From: Octopus vulgaris
Taxonomy: Eukaryota
DNA: 64,000 nt
NCBI GenBank assembly: GCA_951406725.2
Contig: OX597816.1
Location: forward strand, 97,154,001 to 97,218,000
Reading direction: 5' to 3'
Position numbers and translations under genes: made by a program. Each line of letters starts with the position of its first letter. Positions within the stretch are counted from its first letter, which is position 1. This document shows positions 56,720 to 64,000 of this stretch, one piece after another. The notes under the pieces were generated by a model, which was given only the letters and a program-made list of their open reading frames with translations, had not been told where the DNA came from and ran no database searches.

Positions 56720-57720
56720 TGTTAAATAGAAATATAGAGCAAATATATGAAATACTCATAAATGTCTTAAAAGAATTAGTGTAATGTTAAATATTGTGTA
56801 GTAATTCGAAGAAGCAGGTGTCGAAATAAACCAGAAAACCTGAAACACATGTTATCTGCAAACACAACATTCGAAAAGGGGCAAATCACAGGAAAAATAA
56901 GCGAGAGCATAAACAAGGATACAGAATGTGACACTTAATGAAATCAAAATTACATCAAACGTTGTAAAGTCAAGACGAATTGCATCTTAAAAATTACGAA
57001 AGCGATATTAATTCAGTTAGTGAAAGCAAAAGTTGAAGGAATATAGAGATTTGAATAACAGATCAAACAATTTGAACAAAATAAATGTTTCGAAAAAAAA
57101 TAATGAAACCTTTACAGGGAATTAAACTACAAAAACAATACAAGTAGAGGATCGATCGTTTAAAAAACAAGTAAAAGTAAGTTTGAGAAATGTTTGGGAT
57201 TTAGGATAGCCTCATAAAAACAACTGAACCACCCAGTAAAACAAAAAAATATAAAAATCATGTGCATCACAAGGATGGAATGATATCACAGCGGAAAACA
57301 TAATGGAAGGTTTAATAGGAAAAGAAAATTAACTCGAAAATCTTTTACAGTCTGTAACACTTTATAGCTGTGATATCAGTATGGAGTTTGGGCTTGACAA
57401 ATGCTGCGAAACTTGTTTCAAATGAGGCAAGCTGATCAACTCAGTAACCATTGACAATGAAATCATTTAAACATTAAACAAACTGAAAAAAAAAGCGTAT
57501 AAATATCTGAAGATCAACGAGGCTTAACGAATTCCTCACGTTAGAATGCAGGAACAAATTCAAAAGGAAAATACTGATCGGACTACGAGGATCCTAAAAA
57601 GTGAGCTCAGCTCTAAAATGATATCGAAAACAAATAACACACTATTCGTCCCCGAGAGTAAGCTGTAGTTTCATAGGGGTAAACTAGATTATGTGAAGGA
57701 TAAAAAGAAAACGAAGAGCA
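56720..57720 (+). mobile_element. Decayed Dong/R4-type LINE fragment
   Basis: DISMEFGLDKCCETCFK*GKL at ~57372-57435 and YKYLKINE at ~57498; A-rich strand bias. Confidence 0.7.
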
Positions 57721-58643
57721 AAAGCTTAACACGTGTGTCGCTTGTAAGAATAAAGGAAAATCCCTTTCACAAAGTTATAGTCAGAGTAGTGACTTAACTT
57801 TTCAAGGACGCAAAGCACGCTCGAACAAAAAGTTCCGGATCATGACAAAAATCAACTTGTTCTACTAAATTTATAAATGATCAAGGATATTCAGGAGAAA
57901 AGTTATTCCAATAACAGTACTAGTCGAACTGTTTCGTCAACCTGCGCACATTTCGGAGAGGTTTGGTTGCTGATAGCTCCAATGTGGACAAGTAGTACAC
58001 TTGTAACATTGAGAGTCTAGCACAATAATTGTCGTCTTTGATCAGAAATATCTCAGGGAACTGTTACTCAGACTGAACCCATCATCATGCAGAATCCATC
58101 TGGATCATCTAAGATAGCCTCAAATAATCCTCCCTAGAATGCAACATTTGATTTTCCACCGAACTCACGCATCAACCAGTACAGGGGATTGACGATATGA
58201 CAACATTCCAGGCACTGAAGACAGAACTTTAGTTCAAGCTTTACTCAGGACTGCAATTTTGTCAAAGAAATGAGTTACAAGAGAGCATATCACACAAATG
58301 GTGACTACTCCAATTCTCCACGTATTAGTCCACGAATGCCTGAAGATATTTAAGTCATCACATGTACAGGTGCATCACCAGTCACTGTATTCTGAGACAC
58401 TCTTGGAATAAGCATTTGAAGCAGATAAACTTTTTGAACAGCGGAACACGTCTTTTCCACGAAAAGCAAAAGAATATAAGTTCTAATAGAAGCAGATATT
58501 TCACTGGAAAAAGCAAAACAACCAAGTGCGAAAGTAAACACAGAAGTGCCTAATGATAAATACCCAGTTCTATATTTAAGAGATGAGGAACTTTGTACAT
58601 TATTTACATTTCACGGATATGCGTCCTCATCTTTTTTGTTGTT

Positions 58644-58689
58644 AACACAACGTTTCGGCTGATATACCCTCCAACCTTCATCAGGTGTC
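58644..58689 (-). ncRNA. Minimal type I hammerhead ribozyme motif
   Basis: GACAC CUGAUGA A GGUUG-loop-CAGCC GAAA C GUU GUGUU: stem I GACAC/GUGUU, stem II 5 bp, palindromic AACGUU at stem III. Confidence 0.75.
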
Positions 58690-58916
58690 TTGGGGAATTT
58701 CGAACCTAGGTTCTCATTCCTAAGAGTCTCTACATCTACGCAGGAAAGTTAGATGGTTTGAAAGACGAGCTAGTTTTTGATGGAGTTTCTCTATATGTCT
58801 CCATTGAAGTCTAATGTCTGCTCCGTACTGATTAGATAATAAAGTTGTATATTTAAGAGATGAGGAATTATGTACATTATTTACATTTGACGGATATTTG
58901 TCCTCATTTTGTTGTT

Positions 58917-58962
58917 AACACAACGTTTCGGCTGATATACCCTCCCGCCTTCATCAGATGTC
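58917..58962 (-). ncRNA. Minimal type I hammerhead ribozyme motif (copy 2)
   Basis: GACAU CUGAUGA A GGCGG-loop-CAGCC GAAA C GUU GUGUU; one mismatch in stem II. Confidence 0.7.
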
Positions 58963-59014
58963 TTGGGGAAATTTCGAAACTGGGCTCTCATTTCCAGGTT
59001 CGAAATTTTCTAAT

Positions 59015-59060
59015 GACACCTGATGAAGGCTGGAGGGTATATCAGCCGAAACGTTGCGTT
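59015..59060 (+). ncRNA. Minimal type I hammerhead ribozyme motif (copy 3, inverted)
   Basis: GACAC CUGAUGA A GGCUG-loop-CAGCC GAAA C GUU GCGUU; perfect stem II, one mismatch in stem I. Confidence 0.7.
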
Positions 59061-60395
59061 AACAATAAACAAGATGAGGACAAATATCTGTCAAATGTAA
59101 ATAATGTAGATAAATACCCAGTTGTGGAGTTTATTTGACCCAGAAATGCAACACTGTCAAAGACAATCTGTGGACCAGGATCCCTCATACATCATTAACT
59201 CATGTTTATCAACAAGGAATTTCTACAGATGTTGCAACCTCACTGCATTTTTGCACATAACGAGTTGTAGCATCCGCAATAACCAGCACAGAATGTGTTA
59301 GCAGCTGATGGGTTTTCTTACAAGAAGCAGCCCTAACATTCCTTAAGAAAGATTGATGGAGTAATAATAAAATTTAGTAACAACAACAAAATTTTCAGAA
59401 GTAATGTTTTTTTTTGCTGATGTTATTTAAAGTAGTGAATAAAAACACTTTAGAGGGCCGAACAAACACATGATATATATATATATATATATATATATTT
59501 ACTAATGTCTCAGTATAGACTGGATTTAGATGTTGCCTTTCAGCTTTTACGAATAGTATAAAATGAATATATGGTGTCAATTTAATTGACTATGCTTGAT
59601 ACCCACGCTTGCCTGGCTTTTGGCCTAAGGGAAAAAACATTATTATTGCTGTAGTACTTAGACAAGTAACGAATTGTTTCGCTTCACAACAACTTGCAGC
59701 TCTATGTGCTTTGAGTATGTGCAATATTTTCTTTTGTTTTTGCATCATATTCTGTTACATGGGAATGACATTTATACTATAAACAAAACCCCTCCACCCC
59801 TTATTTTAGCTATCTCTATATGTATGTACATACAGTACCTACATACATATGTACATACATACGTACATACATACATGCATATGCACATACATAGAAGCAT
59901 GCAGGCATACATTCATATATATATTCATACATACATATATATAGATAGAAATATAGATATTCACGTATACTATACTTGCACACACATGCACACACGCGCG
60001 TGCGCACACACACACCAGCCATGCACAGGCACGCACGCTAGCTATTTCCAAGTGACACATACACGTTTAATTCAGAATCGTGCTACTGTTATGAAGAATA
60101 GTAGGTATTGTTTCGGTAATTCTCATGATAATAGAATTTCTAGCCTTTACCAAAATATGAATAATAACCAACGCTAACTTAAGTTGGGAATTTTAAAGAA
60201 ATTGCATTAAATTACGTTAGAAACAGCAAGCTTTTTACAACAGACATACAAATGTCTTCGTATGGCAGCCATATTGTTAAATCTCTCTGACTTGAACAAA
60301 AAAACTTCGTTTGATTTGTATAACAATGTACATAATATATGCAGATGTGTGTGTATTTGCATGTGTGTGTATGTTTGTGTTTATATATGTATATG

Positions 60396-60464
<69 letters not shown>

Positions 60465-60924
60465 TTACACGCACACATATATGCGCATATACACATAAGT
60501 AACTGCAGTTAAACACACGTATATGAATAACTAAGCTTACAACAGTTTATTTTTTTGTGTTGCATCTGTAAACAAGCGGTTGAATTGTAGTGGAGGACAT
60601 GTATATGTGTACACACAATTTATAACTTCCTACCTATCTGCACATACACATGCACACACAAACAAATATTTGCATTAAAAAGTTTACGTGTGTGTGTGTT
60701 TATAGACCCACATATATGTAGATACACTATATAAATATAGGTACGATTGCAGGTACGCATATTTGCATGTATATGTGTATACATGTGTGTATGTGTGTGT
60801 ACATATGTGTATACTTGTATGTATGTCTGTATATATGGTTACACATCATATACACATTAATCCGAATTTTATGGTAATATTCTGTCAATAGTTTACAATA
60901 AATGAATTTATTATCACTCCTTTC

Positions 60925-60993
<69 letters not shown>
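60925..60993. repeat. (TA)n microsatellite
   Basis: Read directly from the sequence. Confidence 0.93.
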
Positions 60994-60994
<1 letters not shown>

Positions 60995-61048
60995 TACGTT
61001 CTTTACAGAATATACCAGAATATGTGTGTGTGTCTATATATATGAAAT

Positions 61049-61091
<43 letters not shown>

Positions 61092-62643
61092 CGGTGAGAG
61101 ATTGTGCGTGTTATGTGTATATAAAAATATATTTGTGCATATATATATATAGAGAGAGAGAGGGGGATATAAAGTTGTGTCATATATATATGTATATTAA
61201 TACAAGCATCCATTTGTTTATATGTGTGTGTGATTGCGTATGCGTTTTGCGTGTGTCTTTGTGTACGGAACTTCTGTTTGATAGTTACCATTTGCTTGCT
61301 TCTTGTCTTATTTATTTATTGTTCTTTTTTTTGTAGATAATAACAATCATTGAATGAAAAGAAATGAATGACTTAGAGATAGAGCATCTATTTTGAAGGA
61401 AAATATAAAGCGTCGACTGATAAATGTTACTATGGCAAGACTATATAATCAATCTGCTGGACATGACACTGGTGAGAGACGATTGGCCAACTGGAAAATG
61501 TGTTAGGTCGAAATGAAAGGCTGAGAACAGCAGTTGATAACACGACCCAGTGAAACTTTGTATATTTCCTTTTCATTTAAATATATTTTCAGTGTTCTCT
61601 TTGATCTTATTCAGTCATTTCACAAGACTGACGACCCGCTGGGGAGAAGAAAGAGAGAGAAATAGTGAGAGATAGGGGGAGAGTGGAGAAGTAGTTGAGG
61701 TAGAAGGAGATTCGGTGAATCGCCTAGATGATTGGTGGAGAGATCAATGCATGTATGTGAGTACGAACGTACGTTTGTCTGTGTGTATGTATGTATGTAT
61801 GATTGTATGTGTATATGTATGTATGTGTTTATGTATGCATCTATGTATGTATCTATGTATGTCTGTATAGTGTGGCATACAGAAAAGGGATACAGATATA
61901 TTCGAAATACACGGAAAACGTAGTGACAAATAAACAACTCAAACATTCATATTTCATACACGCATAGATAAATGCATACCACACATACACACACTCTGTC
62001 TCTCTCTCTCACACACACGCACAGAAACACACATATTTAAAGAAAAATAGAAGAGAGAATAACCGATAGATATTAAGTTGAAAATTAAAAAGAAAAAATG
62101 ATAAATGGAAAGATAAAAATAAATAGATTGATATATTGATAAATAGATTCATATGCTGATGTATATAGTTAGGTTGAGATGAACAGAGAGTGAGTGGGTG
62201 AAAGGAAGAAAGGAAAAGTGAGAAGAAATTCTCGTATATGAGGTATGAGGACATAAAAGCAGCAGGCAGTAAATTAGAGAGGCAATATTATTGAGAAAGA
62301 GACAAGAGAAAATATTAATAGTGAGATATATTCAATACTTCAAGAGAAAAATGAAAGAAGATATCTAAAACAAAGAGCAAAATAAGACAGAGGGATAAAT
62401 GTATAAAATCAAAACAGATACGCAGATAGTTATAATGTTTGTGTGAGTGTGTGTGTGTATGTGTATGCATATAGAAGTAATTTATTATGTGCATTTATAT
62501 ACACACCATATGTGCATGTGTGTATGTATGTTCTTGTGTGTGTGTACGGGTGTGTCTGTGTGTGAATAATGGATACAAATATACATAAATACACGCAACG
62601 ATATAGCTCGCTAGATACTGAAGCAGACATACATTTTGATAGA

Positions 62644-62676
<33 letters not shown>

Positions 62677-62724
62677 CAAAGTAGGCACACACATATATAT
62701 ATATATATACATATAGACATACAA

Positions 62725-62797
<73 letters not shown>

Positions 62798-63038
62798 CAT
62801 ACACACATATAATTATCAAAGTTGGGTGATAAGTCCAGGTAGATATAATGTAAGCCTCAGAAGTGGACCGAAGTACATATAATATAACCAACAATTAGAC
62901 TTTTTCTTAATATATGATGTACACAGGTCCAGAGAATGTAAAACAAGGTTAACAATGGAAAAAAAGGTATATTAAATATCTATTTCTTTTTATATCTATA
63001 AAATCCATAGAATATAGACATTAACAAATAAATAAAAC

Positions 63039-63169
63039 ATCCTACATATGTTTCAGCTGATTTACAAAGAGTACATCCATTTATAATTTGATAATTAGAT
63101 AATTAACTAATTAAATCATTAAATAATTAATAAATACAATCTATTTAGTAAAACAGCTTCATCAGGAAT
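63039..63169 (-). ncRNA. Type I hammerhead motif with a ~95-nt insertion in loop II
   Basis: AUUC CUGAUGA AGCUG...CAGCU GAAA C AUAU GUA GGAU: stem I AUUC/GGAU, stem II AGCUG/CAGCU, palindromic ACAUAUGU at stem III. Confidence 0.65.
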
Positions 63170-63345
63170 TTAAGAGAAAGTTCCTAATTACACCATTTGA
63201 AATTGCCATGTAGGTAAATATAAACAACGCAAATGACTATATATATATATATAGTGAGAATTTACAAAAAAACAACAAAAGACGAAGACGGGTGTGTAAA
63301 CAACAAACAGATGTATTAGTTTAACGCTCGGGAAGTGAGAAAGTA

Positions 63346-63380
63346 TTTTACGTTTCAAGCCTACGCTCTTCGACAGAGAA
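63346..63380 (-). ncRNA. Hammerhead-like motif with variant core (CUGUCGA)
   Basis: CUGUCGA A GAGC GUAG GCUU GAAA C GUA; A6 is replaced by U and stem I is weak. Confidence 0.4.
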
Positions 63381-63426
63381 ATAAACAGGGAGAGAAGATA
63401 GAGAAAGGTTCAGTGGCTAGCGACCT

Positions 63427-63429
<3 letters not shown>

Positions 63430-63501
<72 letters not shown>
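63430..63501. repeat. (TA)n microsatellite
   Basis: Read directly from the sequence. Confidence 0.95.
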
Positions 63502-63504
<3 letters not shown>

Positions 63505-63716
63505 GTAAAATAGAAAGATGAATAATCTTGTTGCAGATTAATCAAAAGTTTAACCGATACCTTGGTAGCAAAAATCACGGCAGAAGAAAGCACGGTTGGA
63601 GATAAAACCTTTTGGTGTTGCAACCGTGCGTTGGTGCGGATAATTGAATTTTAGTATTATTAGTGAATTGAAGAAATGGAGTTGAACGAAGATTGAACAG
63701 AATTCCTTTTATTGCA

Positions 63717-63796
63717 TTCTACACATGTTTCAAAAGCCACAATTTTCCAAATTCTGATTAAATAAGGATCCCATATTGTGGCTTTCTCTTCAGGAA
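63717..63796 (-). ncRNA. Type I hammerhead motif with a long stem II
   Basis: UUC CUGAAGA GAAAGCCACAAU...AUUGUGGCUUUU GAAA C AUGU GUA GAA: 12-bp stem II, 3-bp stem I, palindromic ACAUGU. Confidence 0.7.
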
Positions 63797-64000
63797 AAAA
63801 ATATGAATTCCGTTGGCAGAACAAAACAGAACAGAGGCGCAGCAAAGCAATTTGAACGAGGCGGCTCTTTAAGAGCCCATGAGTTCACCCATGGGCTCTT
63901 AAAGAGCCGCCTCGTTCAAATTGCTTTGCTGCGCCTCTGTTCTGTTTTGTTCTGCCAACGGAATTCATATTTTTTTCCTGAAGAGAAAGCCACAATATGG
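63771..64000. repeat. Perfect inverted repeat, arms at least 111 bp, 8-bp spacer, truncated by the window end
   Basis: 63771-63881 is the exact reverse complement of 63890-64000; spacer AGTTCACC. Confidence 0.95.

Larger units (their letters stand above)
58570..59108. mobile_element. Penelope-like non-autonomous insert: two direct and one inverted pseudo-LTR units, 15-bp target-site duplication
   Basis: GATAAATACCCAGTT at 58555-58569 and 59109-59123. Units at ~58572-58720 and ~58849-58995, inverted unit ~58996-59108. Confidence 0.85.

Overview
Repeat-dominated, AT-rich eukaryotic DNA. The repeat repertoire (tRNA-derived SINEs, Dong/R4 and CR1-group LINEs, Penelope-type pieces, dense TA/CA/TATG microsatellites) suggests an octopus-like cephalopod; this is inference, not a database result. 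No intact host gene is visible. Main content: (1) a ~9.9 kb 27-bp satellite with nested higher-order repeats and six micro-inversions, whose minus frame reads (YTWYQIVDE)n, next to a candidate 54-nt hydrophobic exon; (2) a near-full-length but disabled CR1-group LINE whose ORF1 looks like Myb/SANT plus a CCCH zinc finger and whose 3' end resembles the local SINE tail; (3) decayed Dong/R4, mariner, Tc1/maT and MULE fragments plus a non-autonomous Helitron; (4) at least five canonical-core minimal hammerhead ribozyme motifs in Penelope-type modules at 58.6-59.1 kb and 63.0-64.0 kb, including a TSD-flanked three-ribozyme insert and a perfect fold-back running off the window end. All assignments are by eye, without alignment or folding tools.
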